A stretch of DNA of 64,000 nucleotides from Halarcobacter sp. (GTDB taxonomy: Bacteria > Campylobacterota > Campylobacteria > Campylobacterales > Arcobacteraceae): assembly GCA_963676565.1 (NCBI GenBank), contig OY781089.1:1824001-1888000 (forward strand), in the 5' to 3' direction. The number at the start of each line of letters is the position of its first letter. The first letter of the stretch is position 1. Positions 20,342 to 31,420 of this stretch are shown piece by piece. Below the pieces are notes generated by a model that did not search any database, was not told the DNA's origin, and was given only the letters and a program-made list of their open reading frames with translations. The position numbers and the translations under genes are program-made.

Positions 20342-21625
20342 ATGTTTGAAAAATCAATCAATGCATATGAAGAAGCAAAACAAGTTATACCTGGGGGTGT
20401 TGATTCTCCAGTAAGAGCATTTACAAGTGTAGGTGGAACACCTCCTTTTATTGACAGAGGTGAGGGTGCATATTTAATTGATATAGATGGAAATAAGTAT
20501 TTAGATTTTGTACAAAGCTGGGGTCCATTAATTTTTGGACATTGTAATGAAGAGATTGAAAAAGCTGTAATTGAAACAGTAAAAAAAGGTTTATCTTTTG
20601 GTGCACCAAGTGTTTTAGAGACTGAACTTGCATCAGAAATTGTTGAGATGTACGATCACATTGATAAAGTTAGATTTGTAAGTTCTGGTACTGAAGCAAC
20701 TATGTCAGCTATTAGATTAGCAAGAGGTGTAACTGGAAGAAATGATATTATCAAATTTGTTGGAAACTACCATGGACATTCAGATTCATTATTAGTTCAA
20801 GCTGGATCAGGTTTAGCAACTTTTGGAACACCAAGTTCTCCAGGAGTTCCTGCTGATTTAACAAAACATACAATAGTTTGTGAATATAACAATCTCGAAG
20901 ATTTAAGAAAATGTTTTGAACAATCAAATGACATCGCTTGTGTTATTATGGAACCAATTGCTGGAAATATGGGATTAGTTCCTGCTTCAGCAGAGTTTTT
21001 AAAAGAGTGCAGAGAACTTTGTGATAAAAATGGAACATTATTGATTTTAGATGAAGTTATGACAGGGTTCAGAACTTCTTTAACTGGAGCACATGGACTA
21101 ATTGATGTTAAAGGTGATATTATTACTTTTGGTAAAGTTATTGGTGCAGGTATGCCTGTTGGTGCCTTTGCCGCTTCAAAAGAGATTATGGGACATTTAA
21201 GTCCAGAGGGAGCAGTTTATCAAGCAGGTACATTAAGTGGGAATCCAGTTGCCATGGCAGCAGGTTTAACAAGTCTTAGAAAGCTTAAAGCTAATCCAGA
21301 GATTTATGAAGAGTTAAATAAAAAAGCTGTTAGATTAACAAGTGGATTAAAAAAAGTAGCAGAAAATAATGGTATTGGTTTACAAGTTGATACTAGAGGT
21401 TCTATGTTTGGTTTCTTCTTTGCTGATAAAATGCCTACAAACTTTAAAGAAGTAAGTGAATATTGTGATTTTGATAGATTCTGTAAATTCCACCATGAGA
21501 TGATTAAAAGAGGTTTTTACTTTGCTTGTTCACAATATGAAGCAGGTTTTATGTGTACTGTAATTACTGATGAAATGATTGATGAGTGTATTGCAGCTGC
21601 AAATGAAGTGATGAAAGATTTATAA
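20342..21625 (+). CDS. hemL: Glutamate-1-semialdehyde 2,1-aminomutase
   Basis: [42 protein letters not shown]; start MFEK at 20342. Confidence 0.96.
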   Translation: MFEKSINAYEEAKQVIPGGVDSPVRAFTSVGGTPPFIDRGEGAYLIDIDGNKYLDFVQSWGPLIFGHCNEEIEKAVIETVKKGLSFGAPSVLETELASEIVEMYDHIDKVRFVSSGTEATMSAIRLARGVTGRNDIIKFVGNYHGHSDSLLVQAGSGLATFGTPSSPGVPADLTKHTIVCEYNNLEDLRKCFEQSNDIACVIMEPIAGNMGLVPASAEFLKECRELCDKNGTLLILDEVMTGFRTSLTGAHGLIDVKGDIITFGKVIGAGMPVGAFAASKEIMGHLSPEGAVYQAGTLSGNPVAMAAGLTSLRKLKANPEIYEELNKKAVRLTSGLKKVAENNGIGLQVDTRGSMFGFFFADKMPTNFKEVSEYCDFDRFCKFHHEMIKRGFYFACSQYEAGFMCTVITDEMIDECIAAANEVMKDL

Positions 21626-21649
21626 AGATAGGGAAGGGGATATTTCAAG

Positions 21650-21970
21650 ATGGAACATTTAATTGAAAAAAACGTTGATTTGTTAAAAAAAGCAAACATA
21701 TACTTTGATGGAAGAGTTACAAGTAGAAATTATACTGACAATGAAGGTGTAATTAAATCTTTAGGTGTGATGTTACCAGGTGAATATACTTTTGGTACAA
21801 AAGCAGCAGAAAAAATGGAAATTATTTCAGGAAAAGTTGAAGTTTTATTTGCAGGAGTAGAGAGTAATTGGGAAAGATTCGAAGAGGGTGATACTTTTGA
21901 AGTACCTGCTAACTCTTCTTTTGAAATAAAAGTTGAAGAGATTACAGATTATTTATGTACTTACATGTAA
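21650..21970 (+). CDS. ppnP: Pyrimidine/purine nucleoside phosphorylase (DUF1255)
   Basis: NIYFDGRVTSR, LGVMLPGEYTFGT, FEVPANSSF, DYLC. Confidence 0.88.
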   Translation: MEHLIEKNVDLLKKANIYFDGRVTSRNYTDNEGVIKSLGVMLPGEYTFGTKAAEKMEIISGKVEVLFAGVESNWERFEEGDTFEVPANSSFEIKVEEITDYLCTYM

Positions 21971-21981
21971 GATAGGAAAAA

Positions 21982-22290
21982 ATGGAAAATAAACAAGAAA
22001 AAGTAGTACCAAAACATAGAGGTAAGCTTGAAGCTTTAGATAACCTTTCTTTAGGGATTTCTATTGTTGCGGCTATTGCAATTGGTTTTGGAATTGGATA
22101 TGGTCTAAAAACATGGACAGGTTATACATGGACTTTATGGTTAGGTATATTTTGGGGTATTGCAGCAGCAGGTTTAAATATCTATAAGGCATATAAAAGA
22201 GCTCAAAAACAATTTGAGGGAATGGAAAATGACCCAAGATATGCCCATAGAGCAAAATATGGGGATAAGTCTTACGACGAAGATGAATAA
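21982..22290 (+). CDS. AtpZ/AtpI-family membrane protein
   Basis: SLGISIVAAIAIGFGIGY, two TM helices. Confidence 0.75.
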   Translation: MENKQEKVVPKHRGKLEALDNLSLGISIVAAIAIGFGIGYGLKTWTGYTWTLWLGIFWGIAAAGLNIYKAYKRAQKQFEGMENDPRYAHRAKYGDKSYDEDE

Positions 22291-22846
22291 AAAAGAGATT
22301 TTAAATTTTGCAAAGGTTTTTTTTATTGTTGACCTTTGCATTATTATTTATGTATTACTAGCTTATGATAAGATTTGGGTTTTAAATACTCAAGTAGCTT
22401 TCTTAGGCTCTTTGTTTGTAACTTTAGCTTCATATTTTTCATATCAAAGAAATATAAAAAATAGATTATCTAATTTTGATTCTTCAGATGAAAAAAAAAT
22501 ATTAGATGATAGAGACAAGGTTGATGAGATAGATGATCCTTTTGATTTATATTCTGAAGATGTAGAGCCTATTGCTGAAGAGGATTTAACCCCTGAAAAG
22601 ATTAAAGAGATTATCAAAGAAGAGAAATCAAAAGTAAAAAAGAACTCATTAAAAAATACAGTGTTTTCTGCAGGTGGATTTATTTCTATTTATAGAATAT
22701 TTGGTTACGGGTTTTTAATATTTGGATTTTTTGCTTTAAATAACAATAAGATATTTTTACCAATCCCATTTTTAGTGGGATTAGCAATTGTTCCAATATC
22801 AGTTTTATTAGCTAAGTTTACTCTGAGATTAATGGAAGATCAATAG
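22283..22846 (+). CDS. Membrane protein of unknown function
   Basis: 4 TM with acidic loop DEIDDPFDLY; start MNKKE at 22283 overlaps previous stop. Confidence 0.7.
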   Translation: MNKKEILNFAKVFFIVDLCIIIYVLLAYDKIWVLNTQVAFLGSLFVTLASYFSYQRNIKNRLSNFDSSDEKKILDDRDKVDEIDDPFDLYSEDVEPIAEEDLTPEKIKEIIKEEKSKVKKNSLKNTVFSAGGFISIYRIFGYGFLIFGFFALNNNKIFLPIPFLVGLAIVPISVLLAKFTLRLMEDQ

Positions 22847-23504
22847 TTATCTTGTCTTCATCTTTTGTAACTATAAATGATGCATTTTCATCTTTATAGT
22901 TAAAGTTTTCAGTAGAACATTTAGTACTTGAAAATACTTCTACACTAATTATAGAGTGTTTCTTACCCTCTAGTCTAATATATTCCCCAATTTTAAGAAT
23001 TACAGATGTTGTTAACATCTCTGATTCTTGAAAGTTATCGTAAATAAGATTTAATGCCTTAATAAACTCACTTGCATTAATCTTAAATTCTGGAATAGAA
23101 GGGTCATAGTTTTTAATAAACTTTGCATTAGATTTAATTTTTTTAGTTGAGATAGCTAAATCAACTAGAGTAAAAATATTTGTGATATTTGTGTTTTTTG
23201 TACTTAATTCTGAGTCTTTTTTAACCATTGCACTTTTGTAAAGTTTCATATGAATTTCATCTTCATTTTCGTACTTTACAGTAATAGCATAAAAAGAATA
23301 GTTTTTTAAACTCAAATCAAAGTATGTTGTTTCGATTCCAAAAGTTTTTGGAGCATGCTTTAGAGTTAAATCAAAAAGCTCTTTTTGCTTAATACGGCTA
23401 AGCAAAAATTGAGCTTCTTGATTTGAATAAGTGATTTTACCATTTGATGAAAATGATATTATAGGATTTAAATCTATTTCGACCCAATCTTCATAAAAAT
23501 TCAT
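22818..23504 (-). CDS. PAS-like protein with degenerate kinase-like C-terminus
   Basis: NPIISFSSNGKITYSNQEAQFLL (PAS-like), NYDPSIPEF; 3 nt downstream of rpoD. Confidence 0.6.
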   Translation of the reverse strand: MNFYEDWVEIDLNPIISFSSNGKITYSNQEAQFLLSRIKQKELFDLTLKHAPKTFGIETTYFDLSLKNYSFYAITVKYENEDEIHMKLYKSAMVKKDSELSTKNTNITNIFTLVDLAISTKKIKSNAKFIKNYDPSIPEFKINASEFIKALNLIYDNFQESEMLTTSVILKIGEYIRLEGKKHSIISVEVFSSTKCSTENFNYKDENASFIVTKDEDKITIDLPLISE

Positions 23505-23507
23505 CTA

Positions 23508-25361
23508 TTAACTTTCTACATAATTTTTTAAGTTTTTACCAACTTTTGGATGCTTCAATTTCTTAATAGCACTTGATTCAATTTGTCTTACTCTTTCTCT
23601 TGTTACAGAAAGTTCTTTTCCAATCTCTTCAAGTGTTCTATCAGATGCATCATCCATAAGTCCAAATCTCATTCTAACAACAGCCTGTTCTCTTTCATTT
23701 AATTGTGCAAGAATTTGATCAATTTGTCCTTGTAAATCCTCTTTCATAATGTTATCAACTGGTGTTGGAGCTTTTTCATCAGGAACAAAGTCCCCAAATT
23801 TACCATCATCATCAGAACCAATCGGTGCTTCAAGTGATACAGGCTCTTTTGTAATTTTGATTACTTGTTTAACTTTATCAACAGGTAAAGCTACTTCTTT
23901 TGCAATCTCATCTACATCTGGCTCTTTACCATTTTCTTGAATACCTTTTCTAATGATTTTATTAATTCTATTAATAGTTTCAATCATATGAATTGGAATT
24001 CTAATAGTTCTTGCTTGGTCAGCAATTGCTCTTGAAATTGCCTGTCTAATCCACCATGTTGCATAAGTAGAGAATTTATAACCTTTTTTATACTCAAACT
24101 TATCAACTGCTTTCATAAGACCAATATTACCCTCTTGAATTAAATCTAGGAATGGTAAACCTCTATTTGTATATCTTTTTGCAATAGATACAACAAGTCT
24201 AAGGTTTGATTTAGCCATTCTAGTTTTAGCCTCATCAGTAATTTTTTTACCTCTTTTAATTTGTTCTAAAACATCTTTTAATTCTTCTGGTTCTAAATCA
24301 AAGCCACCTTTAGATGCTTCTGCTGTTTGGAAAAGTTTTTTAATCTCCATATAAGTAGAAACCATAGTTGCTTCTGGAACCATTGAAGTAATTTGTACTT
24401 TAGATAAATTGATGATATTATCTAAAATCTTTTGGTGATTTTTTAATAAAATATCATTAAATAAAGGTAATTTATACTCTAGTTTTTTTAATTCAGTTTC
24501 AAAACCAGTATCTGATTTAAGTGCAGTCTCCATAGCTTTTACAATTTCTGTAATAAGTTTTGAAGTTGGACCTAAGTCTAATAATGCTTCTTTTAAAACT
24601 TTTTTCTTAAATGCAACTGCTAAATTAAATTGCATTACATCTACTTCATCATCAGAAGCAGCTGATTCTTTAGCTTGAAATTTTAACCAATCTTTTTTTG
24701 CTTTTTCCAAAACTTTGAAAGCAGCAATAATAGTTTCAGCTCTTTTATCAAGTTTTTTTATTTTAGGTGTATCTTCATCTTCTTCTAATTCTTCATCTTC
24801 TTCAACTTCATCCTCTGAATCATCATTATCTGAATCCTCATCATCAAAGTTTCTGAAAAGCTCTTTTACTTTTCTTTCTCTATTTACTAATGGTTCTCTA
24901 TACTCAAGAATAAAATCTATTAAGTAAGGAACATAACAAATAGCATCAAGAATTACATCTTCACCCATTTCTATTTTTTTAGAGATTTCTATTTCTTCCT
25001 CTTTTGTTAATAAAGGAATCTGTCCCATTTCTCTAAGGTACATTCTAACCGGAGAATCAGATCTTGACCATTCTAAAAGCTCTTTATTTTTTAAAAGGTC
25101 AAATACATCTTCATCATTGTCTTTTAACTTGTTTCTTAAATCTTCTTTTTTCTTAGCCTCTTCAGCATTCATTCTTTTTGCTTGTTCTTGACCAGTAATA
25201 AGTGTTACATTATATAATTGAACAAGTGCAATAAGTTTTTTGATATTTGCTGATGTAGGAGCTTTTGGAAAGATTTTAATAAGTTTTTCATATGTAAGTA
25301 TTGAGTCTTTGTATTCTTTTACAATAATCTCAATATCTTTATTTAAATCTTTTACGCTCAT
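23508..25361 (-). CDS. rpoD: RNA polymerase sigma-70 factor
   Basis: DSPVRMYLREMG, NLRLVVSIAKRY, FSTYATWWIRQAI, TRERVRQIE; start MSVKD at 25361. Confidence 0.97.
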   Translation of the reverse strand: MSVKDLNKDIEIIVKEYKDSILTYEKLIKIFPKAPTSANIKKLIALVQLYNVTLITGQEQAKRMNAEEAKKKEDLRNKLKDNDEDVFDLLKNKELLEWSRSDSPVRMYLREMGQIPLLTKEEEIEISKKIEMGEDVILDAICYVPYLIDFILEYREPLVNRERKVKELFRNFDDEDSDNDDSEDEVEEDEELEEDEDTPKIKKLDKRAETIIAAFKVLEKAKKDWLKFQAKESAASDDEVDVMQFNLAVAFKKKVLKEALLDLGPTSKLITEIVKAMETALKSDTGFETELKKLEYKLPLFNDILLKNHQKILDNIINLSKVQITSMVPEATMVSTYMEIKKLFQTAEASKGGFDLEPEELKDVLEQIKRGKKITDEAKTRMAKSNLRLVVSIAKRYTNRGLPFLDLIQEGNIGLMKAVDKFEYKKGYKFSTYATWWIRQAISRAIADQARTIRIPIHMIETINRINKIIRKGIQENGKEPDVDEIAKEVALPVDKVKQVIKITKEPVSLEAPIGSDDDGKFGDFVPDEKAPTPVDNIMKEDLQGQIDQILAQLNEREQAVVRMRFGLMDDASDRTLEEIGKELSVTRERVRQIESSAIKKLKHPKVGKNLKNYVES

Positions 25362-25578
25362 ATACGGAAGTTCCTCGTTTGTTTTGAAAGATAAGGCATG
25401 TATTATACCGAAATTATTTAAAAAGTTCATTAATTCATTCTATTTAATCTATTATTTTTAAACTTTTGGATAAAATGCAAGACTTTAGAAAATTTCTAAA
25501 TTAGAAAAAAAGTAAAAAATTTAGAGTAATACTAGAATTTAAAAGTCTACTTAATAGACTATTTTAAGGAAAATTAAT

Positions 25579-26079
25579 ATGAACGAAATTACTGGAAAAG
25601 TATGGAACTTTGGAGCAAATATAGATACTGATGTTATTATTGCTGCTAGATATTTAAATAGTTCTGACCCTGAACACTTAGCAAAATATGTTATGGAAGA
25701 TGCAGATCCTGATTTCCCAAAAAAGTTACAAAAGGGTGATATTATAGTTGCTGGAGAGAACTTTGGATGTGGATCAAGTAGAGAACATGCCCCAATCGCG
25801 CTTAAAGCTGCTGGAGTAGCTGCAGTTGTAGCACCATCTTTTGCAAGAATTTTTTATAGAAATGCATTTAATATGGGATTACCAATTTTTGAATTACCTG
25901 AATCTTTAGAGATTAAAGAAGGTGAAGAGATTTCAATTAATCTTGATGAAGGAATTATTACAAACAATACAACTAATAAAACATATAAATTTATTCCAAT
26001 TCCTCCATTTATGCAAGAATTAATTGCAACTGGTGGATTAATTAACTATGCAAAAGCTGAAATGGGAGTTAATAAATAA
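25579..26079 (+). CDS. leuD: 3-isopropylmalate dehydratase small subunit
   Basis: [28 protein letters not shown]. Confidence 0.93.
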   Translation: MNEITGKVWNFGANIDTDVIIAARYLNSSDPEHLAKYVMEDADPDFPKKLQKGDIIVAGENFGCGSSREHAPIALKAAGVAAVVAPSFARIFYRNAFNMGLPIFELPESLEIKEGEEISINLDEGIITNNTTNKTYKFIPIPPFMQELIATGGLINYAKAEMGVNK

Positions 26080-27146
26080 TGAAAAAATATGATATTTCAA
26101 TTATCAAAGGTGATGGGATTGGTCCAGAGATTGTAGATGAAGCAATTAAAGTTTTAGATGCTGTTTCTTATTCTTGTGGATTTTCTTTAGAGTATAAAGA
26201 ATATTTAATGGGTGGTATTGCTATTGACGAAACAGGAACTCCACTTCCTCAAGAAACTATTGATGGAGTATTAAATTCAGATGCTTGTTTATTTGGAGCA
26301 ATTGGTGGAGAAAAATGGGATACTTTACCAAGAGAATTAAGACCTGAAACAGGACTTTTAAAGTTCAGAGAAGCAATGGAAGTTTATGCAAACTTAAGAC
26401 CTGCAATTATTTATGATGAGTTAGTAAATGCTTCAACACTTAAACCTGAGGTTATAGAAGGTGTTGATATTATGATTGTAAGAGAACTTATTGGTGGTAT
26501 CTATTTTGGAAAACCAAGGGAAAATGATGGATTCAAAGCATTTAATACTATGGTTTATACTAAACCTGAGATTGAAAGAATTGGTAAACAAGCATTTGAA
26601 CTAGCAATGAAAAGAGATAAAAGAGTTTGTTCTGTTGATAAAGCTAATGTTTTAGAAGTTTCTCAATTATGGAGAGACACAATGGAAGAGATAGCAAAAG
26701 ATTATCCAGAAGTTGAACTTTCTCATATGTATGTTGATAATGCTGCAATGCAACTTGTAAGAAATCCTAAACAATTTGATGTTATTGTAACTGGAAATAT
26801 TTTTGGAGATATTCTTTCTGATACAGCTTCTATGGTTGTTGGTTCTATTGGATTATTACCATCTGCTTCAACAGGTGATAAAACAGCAATATATGAGCCA
26901 ATCCATGGCTCTGCTCCTGATATTGCAGGACAAGGTATCGCAAATCCAATTGCAACTATTGAAAGTGCAGGAATGATGTTAAGATACTCTTTAGGTGAAA
27001 TAGAAGCTGCTGATAAAATTGATGCTGCTATTAAAAAAGCACTTAAAGATGGATATAGAACAAAAGATTTAGCTGCCTTTGATGCTAAAGAGGTTGTTAC
27101 AACTTCTGAAATGGGTGATATTATCGCTAATAATATTAATCAATAA
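26079..27146 (+). CDS. leuB: 3-isopropylmalate dehydrogenase
   Basis: [35 protein letters not shown]. Confidence 0.96.
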   Translation: MKKYDISIIKGDGIGPEIVDEAIKVLDAVSYSCGFSLEYKEYLMGGIAIDETGTPLPQETIDGVLNSDACLFGAIGGEKWDTLPRELRPETGLLKFREAMEVYANLRPAIIYDELVNASTLKPEVIEGVDIMIVRELIGGIYFGKPRENDGFKAFNTMVYTKPEIERIGKQAFELAMKRDKRVCSVDKANVLEVSQLWRDTMEEIAKDYPEVELSHMYVDNAAMQLVRNPKQFDVIVTGNIFGDILSDTASMVVGSIGLLPSASTGDKTAIYEPIHGSAPDIAGQGIANPIATIESAGMMLRYSLGEIEAADKIDAAIKKALKDGYRTKDLAAFDAKEVVTTSEMGDIIANNINQ

Positions 27147-27148
27147 TA

Positions 27149-27172
27149 AAAAAGGCTCTTTTGAGCCTTTTT
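27149..27172 (+). terminator. Intrinsic terminator after leuB
   Basis: AAAAAGGCTC-TTTT-GAGCCTTTTT. Confidence 0.85.
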
Positions 27173-27251
27173 CACTTTTCTCTCAACTTACTAAAAAATA
27201 ATGAGTTTTATGATAAACTCTCTACTACTTTTAAATTAGGATGTTTTATAA

Positions 27252-29861
27252 ATGAAGGGTCTAGATACTTTAGAAAAAATTTTAATACCAGTTATCTTAA
27301 CAGGTTTTATTTTCATTATTAGTTTATATATTGGTATTGATTATGCTTTAGGTGCATATTTAGATATGCAAACAAAAAATTTTATGGCATTTTACATGAC
27401 CCTTTTATTGATAACTCTTGTAATAATTGCAGTTTTTGTTTCAAATCGATTTGTAAAAAAACCAATGATTGAATTAACAGAATTTCTTGATAAAATAGAA
27501 AATGACCAGTACCAAACATTTGAAAAAAGTTTTGCCAATAAAGATATAGATAACTTTGTTATTCAAGTTAATAAATTAATTAACTACTTAGAAAATAAGG
27601 ATAAAGAAACTAATTCTTTAATCGAAAACTTATCAGAATCAAATAAATTCTTAGAAGAGTATCAAAAAGCAGTAGATGCTTCTGCTATGATTTCAAAATT
27701 TGATAAATTTGGGAAAATCACCCATGTAAATGATAAGTATTTAGAAAAGTCTTTATATAAAGAAGATGAGCTTTTAGGTGAAGAGTACAATATTTTAAGT
27801 TATAAAAATTTCAATGAAGATTTTTTTAATGCATTATTTACAAAGATTTCAAAAAACAATATTTGGTCTGGAGAGATAAAAAATTTAGATAAAAATGGAG
27901 AAGCTTTTTATACTTCAACTATTATTGTGCCTATTTTAGATTCAAAAAACAATATTCTGGAGTTTTTATCATTTTCAATAGATATTACAGAACATATTAT
28001 GTCTTTAAAAAAAGCAAAAGAAGCAGAAGCCTCTAAGTCAGTATTCCTAGCTACAATGTCTCACGAAATAAGAACACCTTTAAATGGTATATTAGGTTTT
28101 GCGAAACTTTTAGAAAATTCAGATGTTCCAAAAAAAGAGAAAGGTTATATTAATATTATAAATAGTAGTGCTAAGTCGCTTCTTGGAATTATAAATGATA
28201 TTCTAGATATTTCAAAAATAGAAAGTGGAAAATTTGAATTAGAAAAAAGGGCATTTAATCCTTTTAAAGAGTTTGAACCAGCAATTGAACTTTTTGTTGC
28301 AAAAGCTAGTGAAAAAAATATTGATATTCTGTTTTTTATCGATCCTAAACTTCCAAGTAATTTAATCGGAGATTCATTAAAAATAAAACAAGTTTTAACA
28401 AATCTAATAGGTAATGCTATAAAGTTTACTCCAAATGAAGGGAATATCTCAATTAGGATTGAACAAGTTCAAAGAAGTGAAAAAACAGCAAAGATTTTAT
28501 TTAGTATAAAAGATTCTGGTATAGGAATATCTAAAGAATATCAAAAAGTTATATTTAATCCATTCTCTCAAGCTGATTCAAGTGTAACAAGAAAATTTGG
28601 AGGTACAGGACTTGGTTTATCTATTAGTTCAAATATTATTAGTATTATGGGCTCAAAAATCGAGTTACATAGTGAAGAGAATAAAGGAAGTGAATTTTAT
28701 TTTGAATTAGAGATGGAATATGAGAAAAGTAAAAACTTATATCCACAAATTGATACAAATTCTAAAATTGCAATTTTTTGTCATGAATATGATTGTACCT
28801 CTCAACTTGGTATGGTTAAAAAGTATCTAACAAACTATAGCGAACCAGAGATAACTTATGATAGTGAAAATTTAAATGAATTTAGTTTAATAATTGGAAA
28901 ATATAATGATTTAATTAAATTAGATTTGACAAAAATCAATGTTCCATTAATATTTATTGCAGAATATAATGATAAAGAGATAGATATTCCAAATGAACAT
29001 AGAATAATAAAATCACCTATAAATCAATCAAAACTTTATGATGGTATAGTTGATATATTAAATCCAAATATAGAAGATGAAATAAAAATTGATAGGGAAC
29101 TAATCAAACATTCTAATATTTGTTGTTTAATTGTTGAAGATAATCCTGTTAATCAATACCTAATGGAAGCGATGCTTACACAAAAACAGATTCGTTGTAA
29201 ACTTCTTGAAAATGGACAATTAGCTGTTGATGAAATAAAATCTGGAAACAAATATGAACTTATTTTCATGGATATAAATATGCCAGTTATGAATGGTATA
29301 GATGCAACAAAAGAGATTTTAAAATTTGAAAAAGAAAATAATTTAAAACATACTCCTATTGTAGCATTAACTGCAAATGCAGTTGCTGGAGACAAAGAAA
29401 GATTTTTAAGTGAAGGGATGGATGATTATATTCCAAAACCATTTGAAGAACATATGCTAGATGAAATTTTAACAAAATACATAAAAGCAAATAATGAAAC
29501 TAAATTAGATGATAGTAAAAATAGTGAAAAAAGTGTAATAGAAGAAAAATATTCTTTAGAGAAAGTGGCAAAATCTTTAGGTTTGAAATTAGAAATATTT
29601 AAAAATATTTTTAAAACATTTATCTCTACTATTGATAAAGATTTAGAGAAATTAAAAGCATCAATTGAAAATGAAGATTTTGAAGCTATTGTACAGGATG
29701 CTCATAAAATAAAAGGTGCTTCTGCAAATCTTAAGATAAATGATGTATTTGAGATATCTAAAAATATAGAGTTAAGTGCAAGAGAAAGTTCAAAAATTGA
29801 TTATAATAGTGAATTTAATAAACTTTGCAAATGTGTAGAAAGTTTAAAAAAGGTAGATTAA
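27252..29861 (+). CDS. Hybrid sensor kinase (TM-PAS-HisKA-HATPase-REC-Hpt)
   Basis: MSHEIRTPLNG, NAIKFT, GGTGLGL, VEDN, FMDINMP, AHKIKGAS. Confidence 0.93.
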   Translation: MKGLDTLEKILIPVILTGFIFIISLYIGIDYALGAYLDMQTKNFMAFYMTLLLITLVIIAVFVSNRFVKKPMIELTEFLDKIENDQYQTFEKSFANKDIDNFVIQVNKLINYLENKDKETNSLIENLSESNKFLEEYQKAVDASAMISKFDKFGKITHVNDKYLEKSLYKEDELLGEEYNILSYKNFNEDFFNALFTKISKNNIWSGEIKNLDKNGEAFYTSTIIVPILDSKNNILEFLSFSIDITEHIMSLKKAKEAEASKSVFLATMSHEIRTPLNGILGFAKLLENSDVPKKEKGYINIINSSAKSLLGIINDILDISKIESGKFELEKRAFNPFKEFEPAIELFVAKASEKNIDILFFIDPKLPSNLIGDSLKIKQVLTNLIGNAIKFTPNEGNISIRIEQVQRSEKTAKILFSIKDSGIGISKEYQKVIFNPFSQADSSVTRKFGGTGLGLSISSNIISIMGSKIELHSEENKGSEFYFELEMEYEKSKNLYPQIDTNSKIAIFCHEYDCTSQLGMVKKYLTNYSEPEITYDSENLNEFSLIIGKYNDLIKLDLTKINVPLIFIAEYNDKEIDIPNEHRIIKSPINQSKLYDGIVDILNPNIEDEIKIDRELIKHSNICCLIVEDNPVNQYLMEAMLTQKQIRCKLLENGQLAVDEIKSGNKYELIFMDINMPVMNGIDATKEILKFEKENNLKHTPIVALTANAVAGDKERFLSEGMDDYIPKPFEEHMLDEILTKYIKANNETKLDDSKNSEKSVIEEKYSLEKVAKSLGLKLEIFKNIFKTFISTIDKDLEKLKASIENEDFEAIVQDAHKIKGASANLKINDVFEISKNIELSARESSKIDYNSEFNKLCKCVESLKKVD

Positions 29862-29873
29862 AGTTTTTAAACT

Positions 29874-30239
29874 TTAATCTTTAAATAACTCTTTTACTTT
29901 TTCACAAAACTCATCAAAAGATGGTAAATCTAGTTTTCCATCTCTTTGCTTTTTCCCCCACATTGGTTCAGGGAAATATGAATCCTCTTTGAATCTTGCC
30001 ATTATATGAAAATGAACATGTGGCACATAATTTCCAAATGATGCAAGATTTATTTTTTCAGGCTTATAATAATCAATCATAAGTTTCTCTATTTTATTTA
30101 AAGCTTCAAAGATTTCAAGTCTAATTTCATCTGAACAATCAGATAACTCTTTATAGTTTTCATTTGTAAATATTTTTAACCAAGGGATTTCACTTTGCTC
30201 AACTTGGATATTAATGTTTTTTTTAGTGATAAGTGTCAT
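29874..30239 (-). CDS. HIT family protein
   Basis: GNYVPHVHFH histidine triad. Confidence 0.88.
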   Translation of the reverse strand: MTLITKKNINIQVEQSEIPWLKIFTNENYKELSDCSDEIRLEIFEALNKIEKLMIDYYKPEKINLASFGNYVPHVHFHIMARFKEDSYFPEPMWGKKQRDGKLDLPSFDEFCEKVKELFKD

Positions 30240-31260
30240 GTATTTGTTTTACCTCTTCTATAGATTCAACAAAAAGGTCAACCAGTTTTGGATCAAAATG
30301 TTTACCTTTTTCTTTTAATAGTAATAATACTGCATCTTGTATAGACCAAGATTTCTTGTATGGTCTAACTGAAGTTAATGCATCAAAAACATCTGCAATT
30401 GTAACAATTCTTGCACTTATTGGAATATCTTCCCCTTTTATTCCAAGTGGATACCCTGAACCATCATATTTTTCATGGTGGTTTTGTGCAATTATTTGAC
30501 CTTCTATTAAATATGCACTATTGGTATCTTTTAATATCTCACTACCAATATGTACATGGCTTTTCATTATATCAAATTCATCATTATTAAGTTTCCCTTC
30601 TTTTAAAAGAATAGAATCTGCAATACCAACTTTTCCTATATCATGGAATGGTGCAGAATAATAGATTACATTTTGTCTATCTTCATCTAAACCAATTTTT
30701 TTTGCAAGAAGTTTTGAATAATGAGCAACCCTTATTGTATGATTAGCAGTTTCTGCATCTTTGTACTCAGCAGTTCTCGCAAGTACCATTAATGTTTCAT
30801 GCTCTCTATTTTGTATCTCTTTGGTTGCTTTTTTTACTTCATCTTCCAATAATAAAGCTTTATCTTTTAATTTTAATTGGGCTAATCTAAGAGTAAGTAG
30901 ATTAATTGTCCTTGCTTTAAATTCTGATATATCAATAGGTTTAGTTAAGAAATCTGTGGCTCCTGCTTCTAAAGCATTTATTTTTAGCTCTTGGTCATCG
31001 CCTGCTGCAGTTATAACAACAACTGGAATTTCATCATATTTTTCTCTAAATTTTTTTATTAATTCTATACCATCAATATTTGGCATCATATAATCTGTGA
31101 ATAAAATGTCAATATCATTATTTAATATGTAGTCTAATCCCTTTTGAGAATCATCAAAACATTTAATATTTAAACCAAATTCTTGTCCATAAGCTTCTAC
31201 TAACATTAGATTAATTGCTTCATCGTCAATATAAACTGCATTTAAATTATTAAGTTCCAT
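30223..31260 (-). CDS. REC + HD-GYP c-di-GMP phosphodiesterase (RpfG-like)
   Basis: YIDDE, TDYMMP, HDIGK, HHEKYDGSGYP. Confidence 0.92.
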   Translation of the reverse strand: MELNNLNAVYIDDEAINLMLVEAYGQEFGLNIKCFDDSQKGLDYILNNDIDILFTDYMMPNIDGIELIKKFREKYDEIPVVVITAAGDDQELKINALEAGATDFLTKPIDISEFKARTINLLTLRLAQLKLKDKALLLEDEVKKATKEIQNREHETLMVLARTAEYKDAETANHTIRVAHYSKLLAKKIGLDEDRQNVIYYSAPFHDIGKVGIADSILLKEGKLNNDEFDIMKSHVHIGSEILKDTNSAYLIEGQIIAQNHHEKYDGSGYPLGIKGEDIPISARIVTIADVFDALTSVRPYKKSWSIQDAVLLLLKEKGKHFDPKLVDLFVESIEEVKQIHDTYH

Positions 31261-31391
31261 TAAATAACCACCTTTTTAACTAGTTAGTAAAAAAATTATT
31301 ATAGCTGAAATTTTTTAAGATTTAGTAAACTAAATTTAAGAAATGAAGCCAAAACTGCTAACTTCTTCCATATAATAGCTAGTTAAAGTAT

Positions 31392-31415
31392 CTTTAAGCA
31401 AAAATTAATTATAAT
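31392..31415 (+). promoter_or_regulatory. Sigma-70 promoter of rpmJ-rplQ operon
   Basis: TTTAAG upstream element, TATAAT at 31410-31415. Confidence 0.6.
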
Positions 31416-31420
31416 CCGTT

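Noticed and set aside
21982..22846. atpZ/atpI-like genes detached from the ATP synthase operon
   Set aside because: Linkage to hemL is, to my knowledge, the ordinary Campylobacterota arrangement
24770..24850. TCA/TCT trinucleotide-rich tract
   Set aside because: Encodes the normal acidic region of RpoD
25471..25578. Leu attenuator upstream of leuD (short ORF MQDFRKFLN and a weak hairpin)
   Set aside because: Only one Leu codon, no SD, the ATG overlaps the -10, and there is no terminator U-tract
31275..31387. 11/12 inverted repeat TTTAACTAG(T/C)TA around the HD-GYP promoter region
   Set aside because: Short and AT-rich with a long unstructured spacer; could be chance
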